DNA of 62,984 nt, filler included, from Reclinomonas americana ATCC 50394 (Eukaryota): assembly GCA_048213135.1 (NCBI GenBank). It is 6 parts of 2 records of this genome, joined end to end, with 100 filler letters (N's around TTAATTAATTAA, not from the genome) between each part and the next. Parts side by side here need not be neighbours in the genome. Positions count along the whole stretch, not along the records: positions 1 to 6,636 come from PS015182.1; positions 6,737 to 21,652 come from PS015182.1; positions 21,753 to 37,155 come from PS015182.1; 3 more parts are not named here. The stretch is one strand, 5' to 3'. A model generated the notes under the pieces. The model was not told the origin of the DNA, ran no database searches, and worked only from the letters and a program-made list of their open reading frames with translations. The translations under genes and the position numbers were made by a program. Positions 1-26,297 of the stretch are shown piece by piece (within the stretch, counting starts at the first letter, position 1; every line of letters starts with the position of its first letter).

Positions 1-2922
1 TGGCCACCATGTCGAAGGATGGTCGTCGCCACTGTCGGCGCAGCCGAGCACGCCAATGGCCGCCGACCGCCATTTGCCGGAGGCGCTTTCCACCAATGAG
101 GCTCTGTTGGATCAAGATGTTCAGGCACCATACCCGAGGTCAATGTCGCTGGCCGAGATGCCAACTGGTGTCATGATGGCGCCAGTAGCGGGCAAGCCGA
201 GTTCGCCAGTGGCAGGTGACGGCCCGTGTGCCGACGTGATCGTGAACTCGCCTTTGGCTCTCGAGCTGTCGCCGCCGCCGCAGAGCGAGGCGCTGATGGT
301 GGTCATGACGCTCTTTTCACCGTCGGCGGCAGTGCCCAGCACACCACACGGTAGCCTGGTGGAGCATGACGCGGAACCGCTGTTGGCACTGGCTGGATCG
401 AGCATGTCGTCGCCACCGCACACTCCAGCGGCGGTGGATGTGCCCAAGTTCACCTCGCCGACGTCGGCGGTGCCAAGTACTCCACTGGCCAACGAGCTGA
501 TCAGACGGCCGACGGTGCAGGCCATTGCCGTGGCGCCGTTCTTTGGAGACCCGTCGCTCGTCGACAATGAACGGCCGCCAGGCGACATGGACGTGGAGCG
601 CCTGCTGCCGCTTGCCAATCCCAACGACACTGACGAGGTGGCTGGCACCGACGTGCAGATGTGCGAGCCGCCGGGCAGCTTGCGCCCGACCTCTGCACAG
701 TCGACAATTCCGTGGGTGGATATTCGCGGAGATGAGGAGAAGGAGGAGGTGGGAGACGATGAGAAGGGGGAGCAGCAAGAGGAGGCAGAGGAGGAGGAGG
801 AGAAGCGCAAGCATCGTGCTCACGGCGGAGCTTTCGGAGTATCTGGCGGTGGGATTGCCACAGGCCACGAACAGGTCGCTGCAGAAGCAGCCGACATGGT
901 TGGCCGCAGTGCCGCCATTGCGGGCCAGGTGCCTTCTGGAGCTGCTGACGCTACGGCTGCTGTGGACGCCGCCGTTGCGGAGGCGGCCCTGAGGTCCGGC
1001 GACGTGGAGGCCGATGGTGGCGTTGATGGAGCGGAGCCGCAGCAAGGAGATGAGGGTGGCGATGGTGATGGCAATGACAACGGCGAATCGCTCGAGTCGC
1101 CACTGGCCATGTCGCCGTGGTTGTCGGGCGAGAGCGATGCAGTGCCGGCGACTCCGCACGCCTTGGAGGTGGATGAGGACGTGGTGGACAGAACTGTAGG
1201 CGGCATGGATGGCGACGAGGCGGCTCCGGAGGCTTCCGATTACGAGATCCCCTCGCAGGATGCACTCGACAGGCAGAGTTCAGTGGCGCCTGCAGACGCT
1301 CCGTCGACCCCGTTACCGGCGTCGGCACGCGATGTGATGGCCGAAGCAGACGATGGCGAGCTTATTGTGGCAGACCCGGCACCTGAAGATCACGGCGCTC
1401 CATGTTGCGTGACACAGTTGGAAGAGAGGGGAGTCACGCAAATGTGTCGTTACCATGTCTCATGCTCCTCCTCCTCTTCTTTCGCAGCGGTCGCCATTCC
1501 AGCACTACAGATCGATCGAGTGCCAACCATAGCGTGAGTACCACGCAGAATAGCGCGATTCCTTTGTGTGCTTCTACTAGACTCATGTGTGCACTCGCAG
1601 TAAACCCCCACCGCCTCCGCCGGTCTCGCTCAAGGAGCTGCTGCAGCCGCGCTCGACCATTGACTCGGTGAATCTCCTGCGCCTGGATGAACACGGCGAG
1701 ACGATGCTCACCGAGGCCGACGACGACATTTTGGTGGTGGCGACCAAGTTTATCAACACGGTGTTCCACATGGGCCAGGCGACCCTGGAGCGCAACCGAA
1801 GTACGTCCAGATGTAGGAGAGTCACTTACCTCTGTGCTTTTTCTCATGATTGGTGTCATCTCGTGCAGCACTGGACGACTTGTCGTCGTGGTTCATGTCG
1901 GTGTTTGATATCTCCATGGACTTTGTCAAGGTGATGGAGTCGCACGTGGTGGACTGCGACTTCTTCATGGAGCCGATGACACCGCGCACGTATGGTTTCG
2001 ATTTCCTGAACGAGTACTTGAGGGTGCGTGCCCACGGGAGCCGTCTTTTCACACGCATTCGCACACTCCCACTCTTGCATCGTGCTCACGATGTGTGTGC
2101 GTTTTTGTTTCAAACAGGATCTGCCGGCCATTGTGGAAGACATGTCGACTTTGCTGTCGACCGCTCTGGTGGCGGTGGCCGATCGGTACTCGCAGATCAT
2201 GGACGCTCAGACGACCGAGAGTTGCGTGCAAAAGGCATGGGAGACACAATATGGAGACTGGCGTGTAACGCTGTGCAATCGCGCAGAGTTGAGCGACAGC
2301 GAGTTTGATGCGCGAGTCGACGAGATGTTGAAGCGAACCATCATTCGCTACCTGTACATCACCATCCGTCCGATGGCCATCGCATTCGTGAGCACCAACC
2401 ACGACAACATCCTCAGCGGGCGTGTCTTTGGCAAGTGCCCCGGCGTCTACAGTTCGATGAATCTGCTGGCCACTGCGCTTGCCGACGGCATCCACTGGGT
2501 ATGTTCGGATCAAGGCGACGCCGATGTGTGGGATATTTTCGACATGGGCCCCGGTGGCTCCAAGCAGGGCATCAGCACGCCAAAGCCCGCCAGGCGGCAA
2601 CCGTTCCACGTCAAGCTGCCGTACTTTTTGCACGCGTACATGATTAATGTTGCGTGATGGTGGCGGAGGAGAGCGAGACGTGGAGATTTCCGAGTTCTCA
2701 CATGTTTCATTTGTACAGCTAATGTGGTTCTTCTGTTTGCTGGGCGAGGACGACGCTGAGAATCGAATGTGTATTCAAGACATCTTTGCCCCGACGCGCC
2801 GGCGCGGCTCACGCATGCATACTTCGGGTGGCAGTGGCCGCCACAGCACGTCTCCGTCGCCTTCGGCGTCGCAGCGGTCACCAGCCAGCTCCCATCTCGA
2901 GCCGGGCAGCCCGTGGGCGTGA
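1..2922 (+). CDS. Unknown protein, 5'-partial: acidic/Pro-rich low-complexity N-terminus and globular-looking C-terminal region (multi-exon)
   Basis: The frame is open from the window start. Phase-consistent GT-AG introns lie at 1404-1487, ~1534-1600, ~1801-1868, ~2024-2117 and 2649-2718. The last exon reads LMWFFCLLGEDDAEN...PGSPWA* (TGA ends 2922). No family recognised. Confidence 0.6.
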
Positions 2923-3922
2923 GAGGAAGAGGAGGAGGAGAGAAAATAAGGAGAGTAGGAATGTGTATAACGATGCAATGTCTCGTAAACACGAACTGAG
3001 CACGCAATTTTTCCTTTACTACTCCAAGAGTAGAGAACCGGGGTGGGGAGAAGCATAATACAGGGACGAGACGGGTGCGTGTGTGTGTGTGAGAGAGAGA
3101 GGNNNNNNNNNNNNNNNNNNNNNNNNNNNNNNNNNNNNNNNNNNNNNNNNNNNNNNNNNNNNNNNNNNNNNNNNNNNNNNNNNNNNNNNNNNNNNNNNNN
3201 NNNNNNNNNNNNNNNNNNNNNNNNNNNNNNNNNNNNNNNNNNNNNNNNNNNNNNNNNNNNNNNNNNNNNNNNNNNNNNNNNNNNNNNNNNNNNNNNNNNN
3301 NNNNNNNNNNNNNNNNNNNNNNNNNNNNNNNNNNNNNNNNNNNNNNNNNNNNNNNNNNNNNNNNNNNNNNNNNNNNNNNNNNNNNNNNNNNNNNNNNNNN
3401 NNNNNNNNNNNNNNNNNNNNNNNNNNNNNNNNNNNNNNNNNNNNNNNNNNNNNNNNNNNNNNNNNNNNNNNNNNNNNNNNNNNNNNNNNNNNNNNNNNNN
3501 NNNNNNNNNNNNNNNNNNNNNNNNNNNNNNNNNNNNNNNNNNNNNNNNNNNNNNNNNNNNNNNNNNNNNNNNNNNNNNNNNNNNNNNNNNNNNNNNNNNN
3601 NNNNNNNNNNNNNNNNNNNNNNNNNNNNNNNNNNNNNNNNNNNNNNNNNNNNNNNNNNNNNNNNNNNNNNNNNNNNNNNNNNNNNNNNNNNNNNNNNNNN
3701 NNNNNNNNNNNNNNNNNNNNNNNNNNNNNNNNNNNNNNNNNNNNNNNNNNNNNNNNNNNNNNNNNNNNNNNNNNNNNNNNNNNNNNNNNNNNNNNNNNNN
3801 NNNNNNNNNNNNNNNNNNNNNNNNNNNNNNNNNNNNNNNNNNNGCAGGAGAGGCGTGAGCGGAAATGGAGCGCAGAAAAACGGTTCCTCTCTCTCTCTCT
3901 CTCTGTCTCTCTCGGTGCGTAC

Positions 3923-6900
3923 CTGGAGGCACGTTGACGACCACGCGGGACAGCCGCCGGGCCGGCGGGACCATCGGTGGCAGTGGTACCTGGTGAACCG
4001 GCACTCGGCGGTGACATGGCGCCAGTTGGGGGTGACGATGGAAGGTTGGACGGCGGCGGCAGAGCACCCGAACGGTGCGGAGGAATTTCCGGTATGGCAA
4101 TGCGCTTCTTGGCCTGATCACAACAAGCAACGCAAAGATGAGTTGGGTGAAATGGCGTGAGACGTGAGTGAGAAGGGCAATCCCCAACAAACCGGCTGTG
4201 CTGGAGCACTCGGCTGTTGGGAGGGAATGGGGAGGAACGAAAAGTGCTTCACATGAGCAACACACTGACATGCAATGCAAAACAGGCATCATCAACAAGA
4301 CTCCCACCTCGTTGCTGTCAGCGTCGGTGGAAGATGTCGGGGCATCGGCGGCGGCGGCGGGAGGAGTAGCAGGCGCTGACACGGGGAACGGATTCATGAG
4401 CTTGATGGACACATCACACACACATATGCCATCACACACACCTTCCTCGACAGTGACATCCGAACTGAAGGCGACGCGAGGGCGAGCACGCTTCGGGGAC
4501 TACGCAAGAAAACAATGATTAGTCATGCATCATCGGGCAGCCCACAAACACACTTGGATGGACACACACCACAGCAGAGTTGGGCGAGCTGGCCAGATCG
4601 CCAGCGTGCACACGGTGTGGTGAGCTGGCGGCAGGCGGTGGCGACTTGGCGGCGGCGACTGGCACCGTGTCGTCCTCGGCACGAATGTTCTTGGCCTGCT
4701 GCAAAATCTCGTCCAGCTGCAATCCAGGATCGACTCCCTCGGGCAAATCCAGCAGCGAGCGCAGCGACATGCCAGACACCATGGAGGCCGAGCCGGAGCC
4801 CGACAGCGCATCGTCGTCGCCCTCGTACAGACGCATCATCATCTCGAACTCCTCCTGGTCTGACTTGATCTTCTGGCGCAACTCGTCCACCACACGGCGG
4901 TGCTCCAGCAGGCGGCCCTCCAGAGCAGAAGTCGACTCAGACTGCCGACGAGAGAGAGAGAGAGAGACACGATGAGAACACTGCGTTGCACAATCACAGT
5001 GCTTTCCGCGATACGCACCTCCTTCAGCTGACGCTTCTCCATGTCAGTGCTGCTGTCGCCCAATGCAGCGGCCAACTTTTCCAGTGTGGCGCGCGCCTGG
5101 TCCGACACTGCATGGTAGTGCTTGACCGTGTCGGCCTCCTCGTCCAGCGCGTGGTGCATGAACTCGCGATTGCGGGCATACTTTTCCTCCGTGGCCTCGC
5201 AATGGTGCACGGTGCTGTCCAGCTTTTGACGAATGGCCAGCAGCTGCAGTGACAGCAGCGTGAGCTATCCAACGCAGAGACGCAGCACACGACTGTTCGT
5301 ACCGTTCGCTCAAAGCCCTTCTTCATGGTGAACCGGTCGGCAATGTTCTTCGTGGCCAACTCCGACAGTTCGCGGTCGACAAACGCACGAACAGCGGCAA
5401 CCTGTTCGCGGTTCCGATGCATGCAATCGACCGACGGCTGGAAGTCGTCGTACTGCTGGCGCGTCTTGTTCTCCCACTGTTAAAAAAAAACAGGTGACGA
5501 GTGAGAAATTATGCAATCTTGCTGGGAAGTGAAAGCACGACGTTCGCAACAGCTTCACGCTCGGCCTGCTGCACACGCTTCATCTCCGAGACGTCCACTT
5601 GTGCGGCACGCACGAGGTCAATGAGGCGCTGCGAAGACATGCGTTCCTCGTCGTGCACGAGCTTTTGCTCTTGAAGCGAATGCTGCAGAGGTGGAANNNN
5701 NNNNNNNNNNNNNNNNNNNNNNNNNNNNNNNNNNNNNNNNNNNNNNNNNNNNNNNNNNNNNNNNNNNNNNNNNNNNNNNNNNNNNNNNNNNNNNNNNNNC
5801 GAGAGAACAATGAGACGGGGGAGGGAGGGAGGGAGGAAGAGGGAGGGAAGGAGGGAAGGAGACGAGGGAGGGAGGGAAGGAGATGAGAGGGAGGGAGGGA
5901 GAGAGGAGGGAAGGAGACGAGGGAGGGAAGGGAGAGGAGGGAGGGAAGGAGGGAAGGAGACGAAGGACGGAGGGAAGGAGACGAGGGAGGGAGGGAGGGA
6001 AGGACAAGGAGGGAGGGTCGCACCTTGAAGCATCGCAGAGTCAACTCGCGCATGCGCAGCGAGTACCACAGATCGGCACACTGCGACTGTGAGTGCTCCA
6101 CCAGCTTCAAAAAGTCCTCACGCATGCCCTGTGAAACAAACAAGAGTGAGTCGAGGGGGAAAGGTGGTTGGACGGGAGAAAACGAGACTGACACACCTCA
6201 AGCATGTCATTGCGCTTCTCGATCTCGGTGAACTCCTGTCGGTAGAAGAGCAGCTCCTTCTCGAGACGCTCGACCTTGAGCAGGAAGCGCATCTTCAAGT
6301 CGGCATTCTGTGACGAAAATGATAATGATGAGCACCGCTCGCTCAACTCATTTCGGTGCCCGCTCGCCGCAAAACATGCACACACACACACGCACCTCCT
6401 CCTCCAACGAGACACGCGTGCGCTCAATGTCGTGGCGCTTGACGGACTCGTGGGCCAGGCGCTTCTTCAGAGCCTCCACTTGCGCCACGAGCGCAGTCAT
6501 CTGCAACAGACGTGTGTGAGCCGACAAGAGGAACCGAGAGAGCAACGATGAGCGCGCGCGTGCGCAACGTTGCGGCGCACGACCAGGTCCATGCCACCGA
6601 GCACCACTGGCGACTCGCTCACACGACCCGGCGAGGNNNNNNNNNNNNNNNNNNNNNNNNNNNNNNNNNNNNNNNNNNNNTTAATTAATTAANNNNNNNN
6701 NNNNNNNNNNNNNNNNNNNNNNNNNNNNNNNNNNNNTGGCGTTCTGCACACCAACAACGACAAGCTCAGCGAACAAGAGAGGAGGGAATCCAGCGCGCGC
6801 GCACAAAGACGCACCCTTCCCGCCGCAGAAGCAGCAGCAGCCGCACGTCGCGGGGTGACTCGCCCACTCGCCCGTCCCGAATCTCCCACACGAAACAGCT

Positions 6901-7709
6901 CGGCATCGTCGCCGGGCCCGCCGGCTCCACCCGGCGTCTGAATGCCCGTGGCACTCATCATCATCATCACCCCATCAAACTCCGCATCGCCCTCGCCCGT
7001 CAGCGTGCCGCCACCGCCGAGAACTCCGACTGGTGCAGACGAGTACTGCGGAGGAGCAGGTGCCTGTTGCAGTTGCGGTTTTGTTGCAATCGTCTGATGC
7101 ATAAACGCTCCCGAGTCGAAGCCGCCTGAAGAGGTGGGTTTCACGACGGGAGGTGCGCTGTAGCCGTTGCCAAGGCCACCGCCGCCACCGCTATCGTGTT
7201 CACGCACAAAGCTGTAAGAGAGAGAGAGAGAGAGGTAGTGTGAGTGTGTGTGTGTGTGGCGCGCGCGGAGAATATCGTCTGACTTTTACGTCTCTTCTTC
7301 TTTCTTCTTTCACAGNNNNNNNNNNNNNNNNNNNNNNNNNNNNNNNNNNNNNNNNNNNNNNNNNNNNNNNNNNNNNNNNNNNNNNNNNNNNNNNNNNNNN
7401 NNNNNNNNNNNNNNNNNNNNNNNNNNNNNNNNNNNNNNNNNNNNNNNNNNNNNNNNNNNNNNNNNNNNNNNAAGGCACACATACGCATATCGCGCGTGTA
7501 CAGATAGCACTGTGCGTGCATGTGGCAAGTGTAAAGGAGAGGAGGCAACGTGCAAGTGCTGCGTGCAATGACCGCGGACATGCGCGCGCTCTCTCTCTCT
7601 CTTGTGTGTTTGTGTTTTGTGCATGCACATTGCACATGCGCGTGTGCGTGTGTGTGTGTGAGTGTGTGTACCTGAGAAGCTGCGCGGTCGAGGCCGCGCG
7701 GTGCTCCAT
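3923..7709 (-). CDS. Coiled-coil protein of unknown function (multi-exon; 3' end lost in or near the N gap 3103-3843)
   Basis: ATG at 7709 splices as MEHRAASTAQLLS|FVREHDSGGG. Heptad-like E/K/R/L exons (LKVERLEKELLFYRQEFTEIEKRNDMLE; VDELRQKIKSDQEEFE) are bounded by GT-AG sites, followed by Pro-rich C-terminal exons. Confidence 0.6.
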
Positions 7710-8009
7710 TGATGTTTTTAAAAGCGCACTTCAGCAGCTCTATCACGGGACAGATAGAGCTCGCGCGACTGCATCTGTCCCTTCGTTCTTTCTTGGCGCG
7801 TTCTTCATTCCTCTCTTCCTCTGCGCGCGTGCCCTCTGCCATCGCTTTCTGTGTATTGACAACAACGCCTCCCTCTCCCTCCCTCTCTCTTTCTTTCTCG
7901 ATCACGGAGTTCATTGCCACTTGTCAACTCCGCTATCATGGTCTTTTTCCGTTCTCTCTCTGTGTGTGATCTCTCGAGTGCTGATCGTATGTCGTAGGGA
8001 AACACGATT

Positions 8010-10014
8010 ATGAACGGGCATGAGCTGGAGCAGTTGCGCAACTCATACACTCAGTGGCATCCTCCATCTGATCATGACAGCTTTTGATAGGACTCCGGCC
8101 AATCGTTGGCGATTCTCAGTCGACACTGACTGTTGCGGTCTCTCTTTCACTCATGTATCTTATGATCTGTGAGAGTATGACGTTTATGTGTATGCAGCTG
8201 GCGTGGCCACTCGCGACGATGACTTGTACGACGAGGCGGAGATTGTCATTGGCACGAGGCGGTTCTTTTACCGGCACATGCGGACAGCTGATAAGCCGCG
8301 GTTTGTGTATGGCGCCTTTAGTGCTGTTCTCTGTGCTTACATAGCTGCGTTTACAGCGCCGTGGTGTTCATCCTGCATCCGTTCTCCGTGGTGCGCGCGC
8401 GCGTGATGCAAATATTCCGATTTGGGTTTTCTTGTTGTAGTGACATGTGTGTGGTGTGCGCAGTCGTCGTTTGAGCAAGGCCAGACTGCGCGCTGGTTCC
8501 AGCAGCGAGGTATGTGCGCTGGTGATTGTCGATAGCCTCTTAGTGCGTGATTCTGACTCTCTTGTCAGGCTGCGAGGTGTGTTGTCATGCGGCTGCATGA
8601 TTTCCGTCAGCACTCCTCACATGTCACGGCGTGCAGTGCTTCTCCTTGGACTCCATCGGACATGGGCGAACGGTTCGTCTCTTGCACAACGCTGGTGATG
8701 GTTGCCATGGCTCACTTGCACGTTGCAGGAGGGATGGGTGCAGATGATCCGCAACTGGCGCGAGCTGCGTGATGCGCACTGTGCGTTTGCAGAGGCACGA
8801 CTCGTTGAACGTTGCGTTGAGGAGGAGAAGAGGCCTGTCGCACTCTTCTGATCGTGTCTCTTGCGCGCAGACGCCGACCGCCTGAACGTGCCCGTGTTCG
8901 TCTACGGGTTTGTGTCTTTCTGTCTGTCTCCCTCCCTCTTGCATTCGTACTGCCAGCTGACGTCTCTTCTCAGCGCGTCCATGGGTGGTGCGCTGACGTT
9001 TCAAGTGAGCGCACACCTGGAGGCCATTGGTTGCGTGATGCGTCCTTATTTATGGTGCCTTGCTGCTGCATCGGAGCTGACTGTTCGTGCGCAGGTACCT
9101 TTGCGTCTCGGGGCGGTGGTGCCATCATGGCATCGCCGGCCTTCCGGCTGCCTGGTGCCCCGCGCGGATGCGTCTTGTCGACTCTGCGGTGAGCAAATGG
9201 ACGTGTGTGTTGTGCCTCCCTCGCTGTACGTGCGCCAACATTGACATCGTCGGTCAGTGCTGTGGCCGCCTGCTGTCCGTGCTGCGTGGTCACGCGCGAG
9301 AGCAACAGCAATCTGACACGCGATGCCGACAAGCTGGAACGCTTGCCCGACGTGTGGTACGCTCCGACCGCCGCTGCATGTGTACTGTAGAATGTGATTC
9401 TCACTCGTACACGCAGGGGCTACAAGATCAGCGGCGGTGCGTCCCACCTCCACCCCCGTCGGAAATAATAACTCACTCAAATCACGCAGGCGTCAAGGCC
9501 AGCACGGGCGCCTCGCTGATGGACATGGGTGCGGATTGCGTGAGCCGCTTCCACGAGTACACCTCTCCCTTTTTGATCTTTCACGGCACCGGTACGACGG
9601 TATCTTCTTGTCTGCCGCGCACTACATGAACTGAAGAACGCCGTGAATGACACAGGTGACCTCATGACGACCGCCACGGCATCGCAGGTGAGACAGGGCA
9701 AGGTTGTCACTGCGAGCCACTCTCGGGAGAAGCTCACAGTCGCACGCTGCCACAGGAAATGTTCGAGCAGGCGCGAACGCCCGCCGACGACAAACGCATC
9801 GTGCTGTTTGACGGCGCCTACCACGTGCTGTCCATTGAGCTGGACGAAGTCACCGATGTTGCGATGGCGGGCCAGGCGCAATTGGAAACGCCAACGACAC
9901 ACACTGACCTTGCTTGCCACGCAGGTGTACTGGCGAGAGATCGAGGAATTCATCGACAGACGAGTGGCAGCCGCACCGCCACCCACCGCCGGCGGAGATA
10001 GCGTAATCGAGTAA
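8010..10014 (+). CDS. Alpha/beta hydrolase, monoacylglycerol lipase/lysophospholipase (Hydrolase_4) family
   Basis: The spliced product contains AVVFILH, LDSIGHGRTEG, the nucleophile elbow VFVYGASMGG, LIFHGTGD and FDGAYHVL, giving a Ser-Asp-His triad. TAA at 10012-10014. The start codon is tentative. Confidence 0.85.
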
Positions 10015-10133
10015 TGCCGACATCTCATCACATCATCATCTTCGTTATGCAAACGGCGGGCAGCAGTGTGTAATATGAAGCCTACAAATTGTGAACATCT
10101 AACGCGCAAATCGATTTCCCCCCACAAGTCTCC

Positions 10134-11153
10134 TCAGTGCGACTCATCCATGCCAGCCGCAGCGCTCTGCTGACCGAGCTGCGCCACATGCTGAATAGTG
10201 TCCCAGTACCTGCAAATAGAAGAGATCAACATTCGAGAAGCACACACAGACGACGCCAGCTCTCTCCTCTCCGTTTGAGTCTGACACATTGATCTGCTTC
10301 ANNNNNNNNNNNNNNNNNNNNNNNNNNNNNNNNNNNNNNNNNNNNNNNNNNNNNNNNNNNNNNNNNNNNNNNNNNNNNNNNNNNNNNNNNNNNNNNNNNN
10401 NNNNNNNNNNNNNNNNNNNNNNNNNNNNNNNNNNNNNNNNNNNNNNNNNNNNNNNNNNNNNNNNNNNNNNNNNNNNNNNNNNNNNNNNNNNNNNNNNNNN
10501 NNNNNNNNNNNNNNNNNNNNNNNNNNNNNNNNNNNNNNNNNNNNNNNNNNNNNNNNNNNNNNNNNNNNNNNNNNNNNNNNNNNNNNNNNNNNNNNNNNNN
10601 NNNNNNNNNNNNNNNNNNNNNNNNNNNNNNNNNNNNNNNNNNNNNNNNNNNNNNNNNNNNNNNNNNNNNNNNNNNNNNNNNNNNNNNNNNNNNNNNNNNN
10701 NNNNNNNNNNNNNNNNNNNNNNNNNNNNNNNNNNNNNNNNNNNNNNNNNNNNNNNNNNNNNNNNNNNNNNNNNNNNNNNNNNNNNNNNNNNNNNNNNNNN
10801 NNNNNNNNNNNNNNNNNNNNNNNNNNNNNNNNNNNNNNNNNNNNNNNNNNNNNNNNNNNNNNNNNNNNNNNNNNNNNNNNNNNNNNNNNNNNNNNNNNNN
10901 NNNNNNNNNNNNNNNNNNNNNNNNNNNNNNNNNNNNNNNNNNNNNNNNNNNNNNNNNNNNNNNNNNNNNNNNNNNNNNNNNNNNNNNNNNNNNNNNNNNN
11001 NNNNNNNNNNNNNNNNNNNNNNNNNNNNNNNNNNNNNNNNNNNNNNNNNNNNNNNNNNNNNNNNNNNNNNNNNNNNNNNNNNNNNNNNNNNNNNNNNNNN
11101 NNNNNNNNNNNNNNNNNNNNNNNNNNNNNNNNNNNNNNNNNNNNNNNNNNCCG

Positions 11154-11204
<51 letters not shown>

Positions 11205-11644
11205 CTCTCTCTCTCTCTCTCTCTCCATGCATTCCTCCTCGAGTCTGCATCTGCCTATTTGATTGCCTTTCCACATTCCCTTCTTCCTCCCCCCTCCCCA
11301 CTCCCTCTCTCTCTCCTCTCCCTCTCTCTCTCCCTACACACTCACCGCTTCGTGCACGTCTGCAAGCACTCAGTCTCCGAGCTGCTCAATCGCGATCCCA
11401 CCTTGCCCACGCACCGCTTCCAGCACGTCTTGGTAAACTGCAACTGCGCCATGTGATTCTGCTGCGCAACCTGCAACTGCATGCTCAGCTGCTGCAGCTC
11501 CTGCAAAAAAGAGAGGAGGGCGAAATGTTCAGCAAAACAAAACAAACACACACGCACGCACACGCGCGCAAACAACATGCATGTGTGTGAGTGTGAGAGA
11601 GTGTGCGCAACTCGCATGTCGCGTTCTGCTTGTGCGTTTGCCAT
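10134..11644 (-). CDS. Mitochondrial small Tim chaperone (Tim8/Tim13-like, twin CX3C)
   Basis: Three exons (11612-11644, 11346-11500, 10134-10209) give MANAQAERDMRELQQ...TKTCWKRCVGKVGSRLSSSETECLQTCTKRYWDT...ESH*. Confidence 0.85.
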
Positions 11645-11709
11645 TGTGTGACTGTGTGTTTATGTGTGTGTGTGTGTAAATTTCAGTGCCTTTGTGATTG
11701 TGTTGGATT

Positions 11710-11854
11710 ATGTCGTGGCGAGGTCGCTTGTCGCAAGGCTTGCAAGAGCTGCGCTTTGTGGCGTGTGGAGAGGGTGCGAGCAGCAAGGGCGTGAGGTGAG
11801 TGCACAGAGAGAGAGACGCTCAATGATGCGCAGTTACACACGCACAGAGGGAGG

Positions 11855-11941
<87 letters not shown>

Positions 11942-12477
11942 GACGACGTNNNNNNNNNNNNNNNNNNNNNNNNNNNNNNNNNNNNNNNNNNNNNNGAGAG
12001 AGGGAGAGAATGCGCGCAACTGTGACGCATGAACGGCACCAATGAAGGTGCACCCACGCACTCTCTCTCTCTCTCTCACTATCGCACACATCTTTGACAG
12101 TGATGCTTTCATTCACACTCACGTTTGTTGTTTTGTGTGTGCGTGTGTGTGTGCACGCGCGAAGGGACTTTGTGCAAAAGAACTACTCTGAGCTGCGGCT
12201 TCTCAACCCGGGAATGGGCCTGCGTGTGCGTGAGGCGGCAGGTGCTTCGCCGCAGGTGGTGGCCACGTTCAGTTGCGTTTGTGTGTGTGTATGAGAGAGA
12301 AAGAGAGAGCTCTGCACGCATGCGTCATCTGGATGCAGTCTCTGTGTTCTGCAGCCGTGCTGATTCTGCTGTGCCTTTGTTGCAGAGTCGGGCGATGAGC
12401 GTGCCGTCAGCCTGGCGAACCTGTCGGACGCCGAGGTCGGCGGTGTCATCAAGGGCTTTGCCGATGGCAAGGAATGA
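11710..12477 (+). CDS. NDUFA2: NADH:ubiquinone oxidoreductase subunit A2 (CI-B8)
   Basis: Three exons give MSWRGRLSQGLQELRFVACGEGASSKGVRDFVQKNYSELRLLNPGMGLRVREAAGASPQVVATFKSGDERAVSLANLSDAEV...GKE*, matching the CI-B8 pattern. Confidence 0.9.
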
Positions 12478-12606
12478 GTGTGTCCACTCGCTGGCTTCGT
12501 TGTTTGTGTGTGCATGTGTGCGTCGCAGTGAAGCGCATGTCGCCCACGTTTGCACTTCATTGTTTGCTCGTGTTCCCTGCATCATCATCATCGCCACCGT
12601 TGCATC

Positions 12607-21133
<8,527 letters not shown>

Positions 21134-21216
21134 TGTGCGATGATGATGGTGATCAATGGATGGATTTTTCACTCGTCGCTTCCATCTTGTCTCTCGCCTC
21201 TGTGTGTCTCTTGTCT

Positions 21217-25594
<4,378 letters not shown>

Positions 25595-26185
25595 TCTCCG
25601 CGATGTGATTGGGTGTTGAAATTGCAAAACGAAATGGCAATGGCGTGTACGGAAACGCACGTGGAGTAGAGGAGGGGCCTAGAGGAGTACGTGATTGTGT
25701 GCGTAGGATCTGCAGGGACGCGAGGGCAATCGAGAAGCAGGAACTGAATTCGACAGCTACCAGTGCAGCAATTGTTCGAATTCACCTTGCAACTGCACGC
25801 GCTGGGCGGCATGTACAGCGCAGAGAAGGTCTTGGTGTATCCTGTGTGCTCAAGGCTCGCCTTGTGCCTGCAGCTCGGGGAACAACAGGCATGCGACAAA
25901 GCACACTTTTTCCGATATCGAACTGGAGAGAATTCAAACTCAAGAAACTGGTTCAGCTCCGCTTTTGCGATCGTTTGTAATTCGGAACCATTTGCCATCA
26001 GTGAAACAAGTACTGGTGGCTTGAGTACAAGTTTGCACGGGGGAGAATATTCGCCCGCGGTTAGAACTGGCTTATCGCGCGCTGCTGGGGCTGGCCCGTC
26101 CACAAGCAGTCAACGCCAGCATTAGCCATCTCGACTTTCTCTCAGTGTTCACGTGATGTCTGAGTTTCTGGTGCTCACTCAAGAT

Positions 26186-26297
26186 GGTGATCATCATGCA
26201 GCTGCTGCTGTTTGGATTAGTAAAGTTGCTGTTGTTGTTGAGGGTGATCATCATGCAGCTGTGTTGCTGTTTGGATTAGTAAAATTGTTGTTGTTGT
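26186..26297. repeat. Two-copy ~57 bp direct repeat in the calnexin-CDK10 intergenic region
   Basis: ggtgatcatcatgcagctg...tgctgtttggattagtaaa...gttgttgt occurs at ~26186 and ~26243. Confidence 0.7.

Noticed and set aside
5541-6570. Additional GTTGCG donors in the coiled-coil gene (also near 43438 and 59170)
   Set aside because: Same-phase alternative GT donors lie nearby and no conserved motif decides between them, so they were excluded from the count.
6681-6693. Palindromic TTAATTAATTAA repeated five times
   Set aside because: It is always centred in N runs totalling 100 bp and gives stops in all six frames. It is an assembly spacer, not a biological element or target-site duplication.
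10144-11590. Long ORFs spanning N runs or microsatellites (poly-ER, poly-LS, poly-HT), also at 19429-21172, 26374-28398 and 37960-40073
   Set aside because: These are artefacts of Ns and stop-free simple repeats in introns.
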